64,000 bases of DNA from Salpingoeca rosetta (Eukaryota > Protista > Choanoflagellata): contig JAWQFM010000034.1 of NCBI GenBank assembly GCA_033442325.1, positions 1-64,000 of the forward strand. The letters are read 5' to 3'. Shown here piece after piece: positions 24,865 through 39,977 of the stretch; position 1 is the first letter of the stretch; every line of letters starts with the position of its first letter. Below the pieces are notes generated by a model. It did not search any database. It worked only from the letters and a program-made list of their open reading frames with translations, and was not told the DNA's origin. The translations under genes were made by a program, and so were the position numbers.

Positions 24865-24867
24865 GAG

Positions 24868-24951
<84 letters not shown>

Positions 24952-25587
24952 GAAGTGCCTTGTTTTGCTTGCGTGCTGCACAAACAGCATTTCGCGAACG
25001 CGGGCAGCTTTCAAAATGTATGCGTGTGCGTATCTTGGATCTTCTTCACTGCCTTTCCATGTACCTGCGAGCTTTAGAAGCACATAGCTTCACCCCCTTT
25101 AGCCCCGTTGTTGCCGTCTGCACACTCGCATTCCAATGGGCTTGTTACATTACACTACAACATCATTTACAAACGCTCAACGGTCGAGAAGGGCTCGTGT
25201 TCACCGTGAACAGGAAAAATGCCATCACAGCACACGAAACGTAATAACAACAGACCGATACGTTGGAAGAGATGGCCAGAACTCGCACACTCACCAACTG
25301 TTACCCAGTGGCAGGGCGTCAGCAGTGGGGAAGCAGAGACAAGGAAAGAAAGGCGCAGGGAGAAACAAGCGCCTCAGCACGCACCAACATGTACCAAGTG
25401 AACGCAACGACATGCGCACACACAGTACATGACAACTAACACAACCACACACACAACCACACACATAGACACACACACACAACCACGCACACAACCACAC
25501 ACATAGACACACACACACAACCACGCACACAACCACGCACACCCACAACCACAACCACACACACACTCACACACAAGCACACACGCC

Positions 25588-26877
25588 TCAGCAGCCAAGG
25601 TCAATGGTGATGACCGAGTGCGACGCGGACGGAACGGCGTAAACGAGTTCCGTGGCGGGGGAAAACACGCCGCCCGTCCACTTGAAGTTGTCGCTGTCCG
25701 GGACGGCGATGGTCGTGGACACAGTCTCAGTGGCAGGGTCGATGACGAGCACATCGTCGGAACCAAAAGGCACGCCGACCACCAAGCCGTTGTTCGCAGC
25801 CAGGGCACCGCCACGCCACTTGCCTGGCCTGGTTGGCACGCCGTTGGCGATGGCGCGCGTGCTGTTGTCCGCGGTGTCGATGACGAGGACGCTGCTCGCG
25901 GAGAACGGGATGCCGTAAATGTGGCCGTTGTTAGCAAGGACGGCGCCAAAGTAGCCCTGGGTGTTGGTGGACAGCCCTGTAATGGCGATGGTGTCGGTTG
26001 CATTCGTGTCTGGGTTGATGACCAGCACGGAGCGCTCGTTGTACGGCACGGCGAAGATGAGGCCCGCATCCGACTGCGCGCCAGCGTACCACCGCCCGCC
26101 CGTGGCCGTCGCAGTGCTGGCTATGGCGATGGTGTCGCTGGCGTTGGTCACAGGGTCCACAACCAGCACGGCTGACGTGTCCCATGGGATGCCGTACACG
26201 AGGCCGTTGGAGGCTGCGACGCCGCTGATCCACTTGCCACTGCTGGTGCCGAAGCCGGCGATGCTCGTCGTGTCTGCCGTGTTGGTGGCAGGGTTGATGA
26301 GCAGCACGCCGTCTGCACGGTGCGGAAAGCCGACGACAACGCCGTTGCTGGCCAGAGCTCCGCCGCCCCACTTGGCACCGGTTTCGCCCAGGCCGCTGAT
26401 GGTTGTGGCATCGGCCGTGCCCGCGCGCGGGTCGATGATGAGCACCGCCGCCGCGTCGTATGGGATGCCGAAGATGCGGCCATCGCCTGCCAGCACGGCG
26501 CCGTTCCACTTCGCCCCCTCCATATCCAATACGTCACGGGACGCGGTATCTGTTGAGACAATGCTTGTCGTGTCGGCTGCAGGAACGCGCATGCGACACA
26601 CGGCTTCCGACAGCGCGGCGATGCGGCGCTGCTGCTGCTCAATCATGCGCTGCTGTGTTGTTGCTGCTGAGAACAAGTTGCCAACACTGACGCCATTGAC
26701 AAAAACGGGCTGGCGTGCAGGATCGCTCGTGTTGATGTGCAGTGTCCCCGCCTCATCTTCCACAAACACCACCTCTGCAGAACACCCCACCGCCACACAG
26801 GCAACAAGCACGAGTGCGACAAGGCGCGCTGTTGTGGCTGCTGGTTGTGTGCGGTTGTTGTTCCTCCACCTCATCAT
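25588..26877 (-). CDS. Intronless secreted protein with a coiled coil and ~6 tandem ~50-aa repeats (probable beta-propeller)
   Basis: Signal LVALVLVACVAVGCSA and coiled coil QQRMIEQQQRRIAALSEA. Repeat consensus KWxGGxLAxNGxxYGxPxxxxxVLxIDPxTxTxDT. Confidence 0.82.
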   Translation of the reverse strand: MMRWRNNNRTQPAATTARLVALVLVACVAVGCSAEVVFVEDEAGTLHINTSDPARQPVFVNGVSVGNLFSAATTQQRMIEQQQRRIAALSEAVCRMRVPAADTTSIVSTDTASRDVLDMEGAKWNGAVLAGDGRIFGIPYDAAAVLIIDPRAGTADATTISGLGETGAKWGGGALASNGVVVGFPHRADGVLLINPATNTADTTSIAGFGTSSGKWISGVAASNGLVYGIPWDTSAVLVVDPVTNASDTIAIASTATATGGRWYAGAQSDAGLIFAVPYNERSVLVINPDTNATDTIAITGLSTNTQGYFGAVLANNGHIYGIPFSASSVLVIDTADNSTRAIANGVPTRPGKWRGGALAANNGLVVGVPFGSDDVLVIDPATETVSTTIAVPDSDNFKWTGGVFSPATELVYAVPSASHSVITIDLGC

Positions 26878-27426
26878 CGTCGTGCTGTCGCCGATGATTT
26901 GTAATAACTTCCACCAAACGTCACAACTTGGTGGTTTGTTTGCGTGTTGTGTGTGTTGTCGCACTCACACTCTTATTTGAGTGCTTCACTCTCCAACACT
27001 CTTTACCCGAGTGCTTCGCTCTCCAACAACTTCAAACAACGGCTGCGAGGGCCGTATGATGGTGATGCTGATGGTGACGATGTCGTGGTAGCAAGGAGAA
27101 TGACAACGATGAGGACAACGACACATGTTGGTGATGGTGACGGCAGTCGTCGTGATGACAATCATGGCAAATGATGAACGATGACGTGCAATTGCACGAG
27201 GTGCAGGTGAACACGGAGGAGGATATGTTGAACTGGGGAAAGCGACAAAGCAAAACAGTGCGCGATGCAGCAAGCATATTGGGCGAAACAGCATGCGCTT
27301 GTAGTAAGGCACCTCACAAGACCGACACATGCGCTGCGAACGAGGAAGAAACCTGTGATGAGAATCGAAGGACGGCAGCGCAAAGCACAGAACAAATCAC
27401 ACACGCACACATGTGATTGCTTTTCG

Positions 27427-30400
27427 TTAGTTGCCCTGGCGCCGCGGTGCCGGTGAAAGCTCCGTGTCGGGTGTCACTGTCAAATATTCATCACGATCCG
27501 CTGTGGGAAGTGTGTGTGTGTGTGTAAGTGTGAGTGTGTGCGCGAGTGTGTGTGTGTGTGGGGGGGGTGCTGTACATGATCGATGGCAACTGTCAAACAT
27601 TAGTCTCATGCCAAATTGTCCCATGCACGCACAGTTGACATAATCCATAATCACTCACGTGATTCGTAGATGGTGTGGTCTTCGTACAGACCTGCCAGAG
27701 TTTGGCATATCGCATGTCCATCGCATGTGAGAGAAAGTTGGCGTGATAATTCACATCAACGCAAGACGGTGCTCTGTAGCAAAGCTGCAAACCCCAACAT
27801 CCATCACTTCCCCCTGTACGCGCGCTAACACACGGTACCTTACTCCCCTCCCCCCCCCCCCCTTTCACACACACACACACACCTTCCTCCTCGGGCTTCG
27901 ACTCGTTCGCCGCCGTATTTGCGGCCCATGATGGCCTGCTCTGCACCCACGACGGGTCGTTGATCAGATACGCGGGGTTGGTCATCGTGCGCACGTCCAG
28001 GCGCCGTCGGTCGTCGTCCTTGGCATGGGCGCTGCCCGCAGCGCTACCGGTGGCAGGGAGGACGTGGTGGCCGCTGTAGTGGCGCTTGAGCACAACGACG
28101 ATGATGATCATGGCAACCGCAATGATGACACCAACACCGACAGCGACGAACACGAGCGGGCTGGTGGCCGCGCTGTTGCCGCCCGATCCAGACTGCGAGG
28201 CGGACGGGTCACGCGTGGTCGTGGCCGCATTGTCGTTGGCGTTGTTGCTGTCAGTATTGGTGGTGGTTGTTCTGCCGTCGCGCGCCTGCACGCAGCGGCC
28301 ATTAACCAGCTCGTCCCCACCAAAGCAGGCCGTGCACTGTGTCGGCAGGGTGCCAGAGCACGCCCTGCATGATGGGTCGCACATCTTGCATTCGCGTGCG
28401 CCCAGCGTCGTGGTGGATGCAAAGTACTGGTCCGGGCACGCGTCCACGCATGCGTCGCCGGTTGGCAGGAGCAGCTTGGTGCCAGCGCACTGGGTGCAGC
28501 CACCAGCATTGCATGTGGCGCAACCAGTGGTGCATGGTACGCATGAACCGAAGTTGGTGTCAGCGTACGAGCCAGCGGGGCAGCTGCTGACACAAGCGCC
28601 GTTGGAACGGAAGTACCCGCGACGGCACGTGATGCACAGGTCAGCACTCGTACAGATGTCGCACGTGGCGGGGCATGTCAAACACTGACCGCTCTCCGTG
28701 TATGTGGAGGCGGGGCACGATGGCACGCAGCGCCCAAGGTACACGCTGTAGCTGCCATAGCACGACAGGCACTCATCAGCTGCCTCGCCAGCGCACGTGG
28801 CGCACGTCGGGTGGCACGGGACCCTGCAAGTCGTGGAAGTGGTGGTGGCGGTGGCGGTGGCGGTGGCGGTGGTCGTGGTGTTGTGTGTGGGCGTGTGCGT
28901 GTGCGTGTGCGTGTGCGTGCGTGTGTGTGAGTGCGTGCGTGTGTGGGCGTGTGTGTGTGTGTGTGTAAACATGTGATGACAGAAAAGAGTGCCGGGATAG
29001 TGGGCGAAGACGGTGAAGCAGCCTTTGGCATGCGTGTTGTTGAACACATACACGGCAGCAGTTTCACAACAAAAACAACAAGGGTTATTGTTAGCTGCAA
29101 CGAACGTGGTGGTCGGAGACGTCGTGGTGGTCGTCGTTGTCGTTGTCGTCGTCGTCGTGCTGTCGCCAAGCAATGACACAGAGCAGGCGGCAAATGGTGT
29201 GAGAAGCAGCTACACATGTGACTGTACACGTTCGGCAAAGTTCATGGACACACAAACAAATAAACACACAACTGCATACACACAAACACTCAGAAACACT
29301 CACAAACTACCCCTCGCTAGACACACACACACAGACAGACACTTGCTCCACGTACGTGGTGAGCGGGACACAGATGGCGTCGGAGTATTCGGTGCACGCT
29401 GCAGCCGTGAGCTGATCGCTGCCACAGGTGGTACATGGCGAGCACTCCGTGTCGGCATCGGCCGTGCACGGCGACGACACCCATTCCCCGGCACCACATC
29501 CGCCCCGACACCGCTGACACACGACATCGCTCGTGCGCGTGCATGACGCAACCTCGTACTCCCCAGCGCCGCACGCGGTGCACTTTGCACACTGGCGATC
29601 GGTGTCACTCGTCGGAGGGATAGCTTCGTACTCGCCTTCACCGCACTCCGTCGCGGGCATCGTGAAGTCGGCAACCGCACTGAGTCGACCATCCCCACCG
29701 CTGTTGCGCGCATACACAGCGGCACCATAGCGGCGCAGCGGCAGCAGTCCACCGATGACGTGCGACGTGGCAAGCCCAACATCAATGGGTGGTAGGAGCA
29801 CATTGTTCTGCTGCACAACCACCTGATACCCAGTCACGGCGGCCAGCCGGCGCTCAGCCAGCACGGGCGTCCACGACACGCGCACGTGTGTGCTGTTGAT
29901 CACAGACGTCTGTTGACGATGGATGTTCAGTCATTGAGGAAGGGGTTAGAGTGCGGTGCGAAAGTGGTGACGTGATGGATTGTGCGTGTGTTGTGTGCAT
30001 GTTTGCGCGTGCGTGCGCGCTTGTGTGTGTATGTGTATGCGCGCATGCGCATGCGCCAGTGTGTGTTTGTTTGTTTGTTGCCCTTCACGACCGCTGCAGA
30101 ACGCTGCGTGCTCCCCTCTCCCTTTCTCCGCTCACACACACATACAAGCAACGCACCACGACTGCCTGCGGTGGGGCTGGCGGGCGAACAGCGGTGTCAA
30201 ACTGGAACTGAGCAGTGAGACCGAGGCCTTCGTCAGTGTCGGCCTGAACGCGAATGGTGTAGGACGTGGCATGCTCCAGCGAAGAGAGGGTGAACGTGGT
30301 CTCACGATTGCTGCGGGACACGGGGAATGTCTGCTTTGACGTAAACTTCGAGTCCTAGCCCATGTCAATGTACGCAGGTGTGATGTGTTGGCGAAAGTCA

Positions 30401-33400
30401 CGCGATGGTGATGCGCATGAAGCATCACGGGTAAGCGGCTGTCGCGAACGCCTGGTAGCCTCCCATGGTGGCGTGATAAACGACACACACAGAGACTATC
30501 ACATGGCACATTCACGTTAACAGCCACCACACACACACACACATACCACGCCCTCCCCCGCACACACACACACACGCAACACTCACCCCCTCTGCCTTGT
30601 ATTGGAGGTGGAAGGCAGTGAGTGGGCTGGTCCAAGTGGCCTTGAGCCGCAGCTCTGTCTCTGCTGCGGATTGAAGCGTGATGATGGGCGCCGCCACGTC
30701 GGCGGGGACTGTCGTGACGACGACTTGGCGCAGCGGACCAGCACCCGCGCCCGTCAGCGCAACCACGTTCACCGTGTACGTCGTGCCCTGTAAAGAGAGG
30801 AACACCGAAGGAGGATGTTAACGGTGTAGATGTCAGCGACATGATGTCAAACACAGACGTTCGGCAAGGCGGCAAACATCACACGCTCGCACACACGCAC
30901 ACGCACTCATGCACACGTACGCACAAACACACACCCACAAACACATACACACACGTACAAACACACAGCATACGAAACACGTACTGAGAGCAGGCCTGAA
31001 AATGTGCAGTTCTGCGTGGGCGTGGTAATGACACTGCTGGCGTTCACGATGCTCGGCTCTATGTGTGCACGATAGTACAGGATGCCGTTTGCGGGCGATG
31101 GCGGCGTCCACAGCACCTTCACCACGTCGCCAACCTCCTGTGCAATGAGCGAGCCCACAGCACCGGGCGTCGCTTCGGCGGTGCGGAACGTGTAGGGAGC
31201 AGACGTCGGCGAAGACACGCCAGTCGTGGTGATGACCACGGCCTCCACGTTGTACACCGTGTACGCGTCGAGCCCAGACAGCGCCTGGCTGGCGTTGAAG
31301 CCATCAGCAGCAGAGAACACGAGCCATGCCGGTGTTGCGCCGGTGATGGGGCGGCGGTTGGAGTCCTCGACGGCCGTGACGGTCACGTTGATGGTGGCAA
31401 TGGTGTTGCCGTTAAGCTCAACCGTTGGTGGTGGCTTCACCCACACGTTGGCGGATGTGCTGGTGACGTCTGATGTCCACACGGACGGACCGGAGCACAC
31501 CTGTGACCCGCCGTTCGTCATGTGCAGCGCTGGTGCAGAGTATACGCCCTCGCCAGCAGCAGTGCGGGCTGCAACCTGGAACTCGTACGGATACACGGCA
31601 GTGTCCTCCAACTCAAGCACGGTGTAGGTCTCAACACGTGGTGTGTCGATGTAGACAACGTCGATGCTGGCGGGGTGGCGTGTGCAGTCGGTCCTTGGTC
31701 CCTGACGCACAGAGATGGTGTAGCCAATGAGGATGCCATCAGCCTGGAGCGGGCTGATTGGGTCCCAGCTCAGCGTGACAGTCTCGGTTGTTGTGCTGTC
31801 CACCTGCACGTTCGTGGGTGCAACGGGTGGTGTTCCCTCTGCTGTTCGAGCAATCGACGCATCGCTGTACGGACCCAGGCCATCAATGGTGGAGGCAGCC
31901 ACCTTGACCTGTTGTTGTGGTTGTTGCGGTTGTGTGTGTGTGCGTGTAAGGGTGTGCATGTGTGTGTGTGTGAGTGTGTGTGTGGTGGTACAACCCCGGT
32001 CAATCTTGACAGAGAGCAAGTTGAGCAAACGATGCCACCAACATGTTCATACACATGTGCACACAAACCTGGTAGTATGTGTATGCGTCGAGGCTTGTGA
32101 GGTTGAAGTTGGTGGGATCGTTGCCTGTGACGATGGTCCAGGGTGTGCCCGCTGGTTGGCGCATGCTGTTCAGGCGCTGCACCCACAGCTTGTACGATGA
32201 GATGGTGCCGTGGCGCTCGCCAAACAGCGGCTGCTTCCACGTGATGTGCAACACGGTCGTTGCTGCCGCTCGCGCCACCACATCCTGGGGTGGACCTGAA
32301 GGGTTGAGGAGGGAAGGAAAGGCGAGAAATGGCGCGTGGATGAGGACAGGGCACAAACGATCGTGTGCGAGGGAGAAGGCAGCCAGGCGAAGGAATCACG
32401 CGCACTCAAAGCACGACTCGCACACACACACACGCACAAGCGCCAACCTGTTGGGGTGCCGGAGAGGGTGCGAGCGCGCACGGCGTCAGAGGCCGGGCCC
32501 TGACCGCGGACGGTGCGGGCAGCCACACGGAAGGCGTAGGTGGTGTACGGATCGAGGCCAGTGAACGTGTGCTGGTTGTCCTCCGTGATGACGGGATGGC
32601 GGCCGATGCAGACGTCGTCCTGGCACGCGTCAAATACGGTCGCATCGTCGCCTGTATGGCGTATGTGAAGGGGGGTATGTGGATGTGTTTGTTGATGAGG
32701 AATGGGGAGACGTGTGGTCGCGAAATGATGCTCTCAAAAGCACACACATACACACACACTTACGCACCCACACACACACTTACGCACCCACACACACACT
32801 TACGCACACACACACACACACACACATGCACACGCACACACACACGCTTACACACACACACTTGGCAATACTGACCGTCGTTGCATGGGGTGCCATTCGG
32901 GGCGACATCATAGACGCACTCGCCGCTGACGCAGCGGCCGGGCAGTTTGCACTGACCCATCGGTGGATCACATGTCTGCATGTTGTGTAATGATTCGTAG
33001 GCAAAGGGATGCATGTGTTGAGTCTCAGGTGCACTGCATCAAATCAAACATCTCACTACATTGCGCACACCACAGGCACATTGCTCGCAAACCACCAAAC
33101 CTAACCCAAGCGTCAACTCACCACATCAGCACACGCATCTGGCGCTTCGGTGACGCGATAAAACACCTCCATGTCGTCCACCTCCCACGCGTTGAGCGAA
33201 CCGGCCAACCAGGTGTTGCTGTAGGAGTCGATGCTCTCATGCACCCTGTTGTTGCGTGTGATCCCACAAAGGACACACATGTGAGGCAGAACGAGCACAT
33301 GGAATCAACTGCATGGCACATCGCAGTGTGATTGGCCCCACCACCGCCGCCTCCACCTCATGTTTACACAAAGTACCATCATTTCATTTCTTACGTGTAC

Positions 33401-33464
33401 GAGTTGGTTTGGGTGTTGGCCGTTCGGCAGTCCGTTGACATGCGGAAGTCGGACGCCCCTGGTT

Positions 33465-33532
<68 letters not shown>

Positions 33533-34233
33533 AGAAAATGTGTACGTGTGTGCGAGTTTGGAGATGCCAATGAATCACCAAGCTGCAGACCTTTCCACAC
33601 ACACAACACACACACACAACCACACACAACACATACAACACATACAACCACACACAACACACACACAGTCACTCACCAAACTCAGGGCAGTAGCCTGAAC
33701 GTGTGTACTGCGCATATTGCGGCTGGGACAGGAGATCTGTGCGCTCGAATTGGCCGTTGTTGACAAAGCGGAAGAGGAAGGCATCATTGCTCTGCAGCCA
33801 CGTGGACGTGTCGGAGCGCCAGCTGTTGGGGGCAAAGGCGCCAAACACGCGCGGGCCCTGTGGGCTGCCCTCTGTCGAACGGACAACAACGACTGTCTGG
33901 CCCTTGTTGTCGCAGCGCGAGTGGAAGGTGGAGCCGGAGAAGCCGTGGTCGGATGCGCGGAAGCAAAGCTTGAAGCTCGAATCGCTGTTGGGCGACACCT
34001 CCTTGGAGATGGCCAGGTTCATCTCCTTGCTCAAGATCTCAGAGCCCACAATGGACGGAAGGGTCGGACGAGCAGACAGCACGGCGCGGTTTCCGTAGAT
34101 GTTGCGGTCAAACACTGTCAACAGAAGGTGCGGTGGGGTTAAGGTGTTGGTTACACCTGACAATGCAATGGGGGCGATTTTGTTTTGACACAGCACCCGC
34201 CATCTCACGCTTACACACACACACACACACACA

Positions 34234-34281
<48 letters not shown>

Positions 34282-36648
34282 NNNNNNNNNNNNNNNNNNN
34301 NNNNNNNNNNNNNNNNNNNNNNNNNNNNNNNNNNNNNNNNNNNNNNNNNNNNNNNNNNNNNNNNNNNNNNNNNNNNNNNNNAACGATGACACTATCTCCT
34401 GCACGGGGCTACCGCACGTATTCTTTTCTTTTTTGCACTCTTCTGTTCGTACCGCCGGCTATAGCAAATTTGCCCACTTCGACCCTATAACTGAACTATT
34501 ATTCTCTAAGCGGAACGTAAAGCCAGCTCCCCTCCCACCCCCCACCGTAGAGTAGAGTAAGTGAGGAAGATCCCCTTCGCATACAATCGTATTACGTCTA
34601 CAACTTGGTTGCCAATGGTCATGTATATAGGAGTGATCAATACACTCACGCACACCAACACACACACACACACACCAACACACACACACACACAAGCACA
34701 CACACTCAAACCCCCCCCCCGGCCCGGTTATTCTGACCTTGCCAGCACTCCACGGGCGTTGATGTGGTGCTGGTGCAGATGTTCTGCCCGTCAAACGCCA
34801 GCTTGCGCGTGCTGGTGCTCGTCGTCCAAAACACGTTGTCGTAGGTCTCCGTTGCAAGGTCATACCTGAAGACATCGGAAGGCCATTGCGACAAAGACCC
34901 GAACTTTGTGTGATGACCACGGAGGGCACGGAGCAGGAGCATAACAACAAGCCTCACCTAGACCAACACCAAAAAGCACATCCGATAGCACCCAGCAGCG
35001 CCATCAGCAGGTATGCCACGCGCACAGCAAACTGTACTTTGTCACCCGCACCTGTACATATTGGTATCATCGTAGTCTCCGGCAAAGATTTTCCCGTTGG
35101 CGACGGCGAATGTGCCGTACATGTTGGAGAAGGTCTGTGGGGAGCTCTTCAGGCTGTAGATTGGGCGATATGTGGCAACGGTGCAGTGGAGAAGGAAATG
35201 ATGGCAGGCCGTGAGAGTCAATGCACAGGACGACACAGAAGCATACACAATGTTACTGCGGACTTGTAGCACCACATATAAGGCCTTGCAGACGCACGTC
35301 TAACTCGTCATGCACACGCACACACACGAACAATGCGTGTATGCGTCCTTGCGGACACCGATACACCACCACATCGACGTACGTGAATGCGCGTTGATAT
35401 GCGCCAGTTTCCCAGTCGAGCACGCGAATGTTGAGGCTGTTGCTCTGCATGGCGTAGACAGCGCCGTCGTACATGGCAACACCGCCCACCGTTGTCCCAA
35501 AGTTGTAGTTCCAGATTTGCTGTGATGCCATGCGACATGATACGGTGTGATGCGGCGTGAGGAACAGGGCATCGTGTTGGAGCATGCTTGTTGAAGAGCA
35601 CATGCACACGTTCATACGCTCGCACCCACAGTCACACAACGAGTTGCGCACCCTCATCCTTCTCACAAGTATGAACCCACACACACACACACACCACACA
35701 CACACACATGAACATTCACACACATCCCCAACAATTTCCTCACACATACATGCGCTCACCGTGCTCAGTGGGAATGGCCCGAAGCGGTAGACGCGATTTT
35801 GCGAGTACGTGCTGACGAGGTACGTGTCGTCAATGTGCGGCCAGATCTGAAACACCTGTGTGTTGGAAGACAGCAGGTGGGATATAGCAGGTGGGATATA
35901 GCAGGTGGGATACATGCATTCGAGAACAACACATGTCAGGGAAATGCAACTGTAACCAGCAAGGCGAGGTGCACGACAATTCCACTCCATGAACCACCCC
36001 ACCGCAAATCAGGCTCAAAGCAGTCTGCAATGCTACCACTACTGGCTCCCGCGTCACTCACATATGCGATGGGAATGCGAAATGAGCCGATCCGTGTCGA
36101 CAAATCCGTCGCAGCGTATCTGAACAGACGTGAACACGACCACGCACACACACACACGCACACACATGCACACACACACATGCACACATTGGGGAGTCCG
36201 CAGGAATCCGCGTGGGACATGAGCATGTGAAACAATTGCAGCGCGTTGGGATAACGGCTTCCCACAACGATCACCATCATCCATTTCAATCTCACTGTAA
36301 CGACATACACAACATACATGCAAATAATGCACAACACGCACACACACACACACACCACGCACATCAGGCACACGCACACCACGTGCAAATGCAACGAGTC
36401 TATCTGCATGCGCACCTGTGCACGGTTGTCCCCGGGTTTGAGGTGGTGGTGTAAATGGGGAACCACCACTCATGTCGTCGTGGACTGTACGCCATTCCGT
36501 AAGAGCTCGAGGGGAACGATCCCGAGTAGTTGAGTGCAACCGTGTCCAGTGGCGTGGCGATGGGCAGGCCACCCCGGCACACACCCGCCACACACACGTC
36601 GAGCTGCGTACTGCAGTCACGGGCAAATGAGGCGTGTGTGTGTGTGTA

Positions 36649-36725
<77 letters not shown>

Positions 36726-39336
36726 ACCTGCATGTCAGTACCAGCATCGAAATGAGAACCTCACACAACAGCACCCTCGTCGTTGATCCTCACCCGCACC
36801 CACCCACCCACACACTCACTCACACACACACACACACACGCACATTTACCCACACCTCACCCTAATCTCAACACTCACGTGTCGTCGCCATCGTTACAAG
36901 GGGCTCCATCGAGTTTCACCGGCTGCGTGCACATTGGCCCATACTAAACAAATTGTCAGAGCAGGAAGGGGGTGTGAGTGGACACGCAAGCACAAGACGT
37001 GAGATGGCGTGTTTGTGTTTGTGCGTGTGTGAACATGTTCACACAGACGTGTGTACACACATGTACATATCCACGTGTGCGCACATCCAACCAACACACA
37101 CACACGCGCACACACACGCACACACACACGCACACCCACACACATACACACACATACACACACACGCACGCGTTCATGCCAACACAGCGTTCAAACATAA
37201 TCTCACATATGGATCGTAGATGCACTCGCCCTCCTGATGGCACTGACTGCGCGCTGCGCAGGAAAGGTCATCACACGATTGCGGCCGCAACTCTGCATCG
37301 ATGCGAAATGGTGGGATGTGAGAGTTGGTGTGAATGCTTTGCCCACAAGCATACCAAGACAAGCGCATTACGTCTGCACACACACACACACGCACAAACA
37401 CACGTACACACACACACAGTACACAGTACACCCACACACACACACTCATACACACATGCACGCATTCATCTTCTCTCCCTTCCCCTTGCTTTCAGCACTC
37501 ATCTTCATCGCAGCGATCATGCGCCAGCGCACCTGGCATGAAGTAGATGCTGTACGCGATGACTTCGCCCTCATCCGACGGCGGCAGCTCATACGTCACC
37601 TGATGGGCGTGTGATGGCAGGGGATGGGTTAGCCAGGCAGTGGTGTTGTTGGCAAGCGAGGTAGTGGGCGCAGACAGTAGTATTAACATACACACACATT
37701 CACACACACACCACCACAGCACCTTGATGGCCGTTTTGTTGAGTGCGTTGGCGTTGACGTTGTCAGGCGGTGTGCGGGGAATGCCCTGACCGGTGGTGGG
37801 CGCGATGGTGTTGCTGCGCTCGCCCTCGCCAGCTGACGTCCACGCAGACACTTGCACAAGATAGGTGGAGATGGGGTCCAGGCCATCAATCTCAACCGAC
37901 TGCTGGCTGCCACTGGACGTGGTCACAGAGTTCCACGTGGCACCAAGCCTGAAGGGACAACGATGGTTCAAAGAAGAGGGGAATAGTCACGTGTGAGCAT
38001 GGCGTACAGAGTGCATCCAAGCGCGAAATCGTCACAAACACACACACACACACGCCCACACGCACACACACACATACACCACCACCAAGATCGCTCACTT
38101 CTGGTAGTAGACGGTGTACTTGGTAACGACGCCGTTGGGTTCGTACGGCGGCTGCCAGCTGATGGTTATCACTTCGCCGTTGTCAGACAGCTCCTCATCA
38201 GCCTGCACGTTGGACGGCGGGCCGGGCGGCGCCTCTGGCGTCTGAACGGTGATGCTTTGAGAGGGCGGAGAGGCGCCAGCGCTGTTGTAGGTGGTGACGA
38301 AGATGGTGTGGTTGCTGTACGGCTGCAAGTTCGTGACGGTGAAGGTGAAGTAGTTGAGGGTGGCCACCAATTCGGCCGGACGGTCGGCAGACTGGACAAA
38401 CACCTGGCGGTGATGACGATGGCCGTGGTGAAGAAGGGGTGCGCACGCATCGTGGTCAGTAAGGCAATATGTTGGTGGCGGTGGTACTGCTCGTGCTGGT
38501 GATGATTGATGATTGCACGAGGAGACAAGCAGGCACACCAGCCCGCACACACACCCACACACACACACACACGCCAATGAACACTAACAAGTACAAACAC
38601 ACACACATACGCACATACACACACACCAACACACACACACAAACACACGAGTAAGCACATACACACACACACGAGCAAGCACACACACACACAAAACACC
38701 ACGCAGCTGCACCTGGTATCCCAGCAAGCGCCCTTGGTGTGTGGGCAGCGGCGGTTCTGCCCACGTCACTTCCATGGCCCTGGCAGAGATGAGGCGTGCT
38801 GCAACATCCACGGGACCCGATGTTGGTGGCGCCTCGCGTGTGGTGCTGTGAACGGCATCGCTGAGGGGGCCACCGCCAATGCTTGTGTACGCCTGCACCT
38901 GCACGGCGTAGGTGCGTCCGGGGTGGAGGTCGTCGAGGGTGAAGGAGGACGTGTTGGAGTAGCGCGCAGCACCCACGCACTGGCCAGCGACACACGCGTC
39001 AAACGCCGTCGTGGTGTCGCCATCGTCGCAGGGGGTGCCGTCGGGGATGGTCGTGGGCACGCACACACCAAGTTGGCACACGTTGGTGGGGGTGCACGGG
39101 TTCGTTTGGCATACAACACCATCACACGGATCGTACGAGTCTCCGGTGATGGAAAACACCTCAATCTCATCGACATAGATGTTGCTTGAGCCGCCAGCCC
39201 AGGAGTTGGAATAGCCACCACTATCAATTCGATAGCTGGAGGGATTGAAAGACACGCGCTGGCAGTTGGAGTAGAAGCGAAGGTCGTGTCCACCGCCTAT
39301 TTGGTTGGTTGGTTGGTTATGTGTGAGTGTGTGTTT

Positions 39337-39377
<41 letters not shown>

Positions 39378-39751
39378 TGTGCGTGTGCGTGTGTGTGTTA
39401 GTAGGAAAACATGTCACTGTGTCATGTCACTCTGTCAATCATAAGCAGCACACCACTTCTTGACGTGCTCTGGGCGGTATCCGGCTGTTGACCCCCTCCC
39501 CCCGTCCCTGCCTTCCCCCCCCCCCCCCTGCACCTCACCGAATGTCGGGCAGTAGGAGTTCCTGTGGTACACGGCGTTGCCGGGAGACGAGAGGTCCTGA
39601 TCCGTGCGCTCAACTTGTTCGCCATTGAAGCGGAAGAGGAAGGCCAAATAGTCCGTGCGGTACCTGTCGAGTGACAACCGCATATTCACAGGGTGTGCGA
39701 TCATGTGGGAGTGTGAAACAAGACGCTGAAGATGTGCAAGGCATCACCACC

Positions 39752-39785
<34 letters not shown>

Positions 39786-39825
39786 TCATTACCATCATCA
39801 CCATCATCATTACCATCACCACCAC

Positions 39826-39864
<39 letters not shown>

Positions 39865-39883
39865 TACCATCATCATCATCATC

Positions 39884-39915
<32 letters not shown>

Positions 39916-39946
39916 CATCATCATCGACTCCACGACATCGTCATCA

Positions 39947-39977
<31 letters not shown>

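Noticed and set aside
35872-35913. Three copies of a 14-bp unit (AGCAGGTGGGATAT-like)
   Set aside because: Short intronic tandem duplication with no evidence of function.
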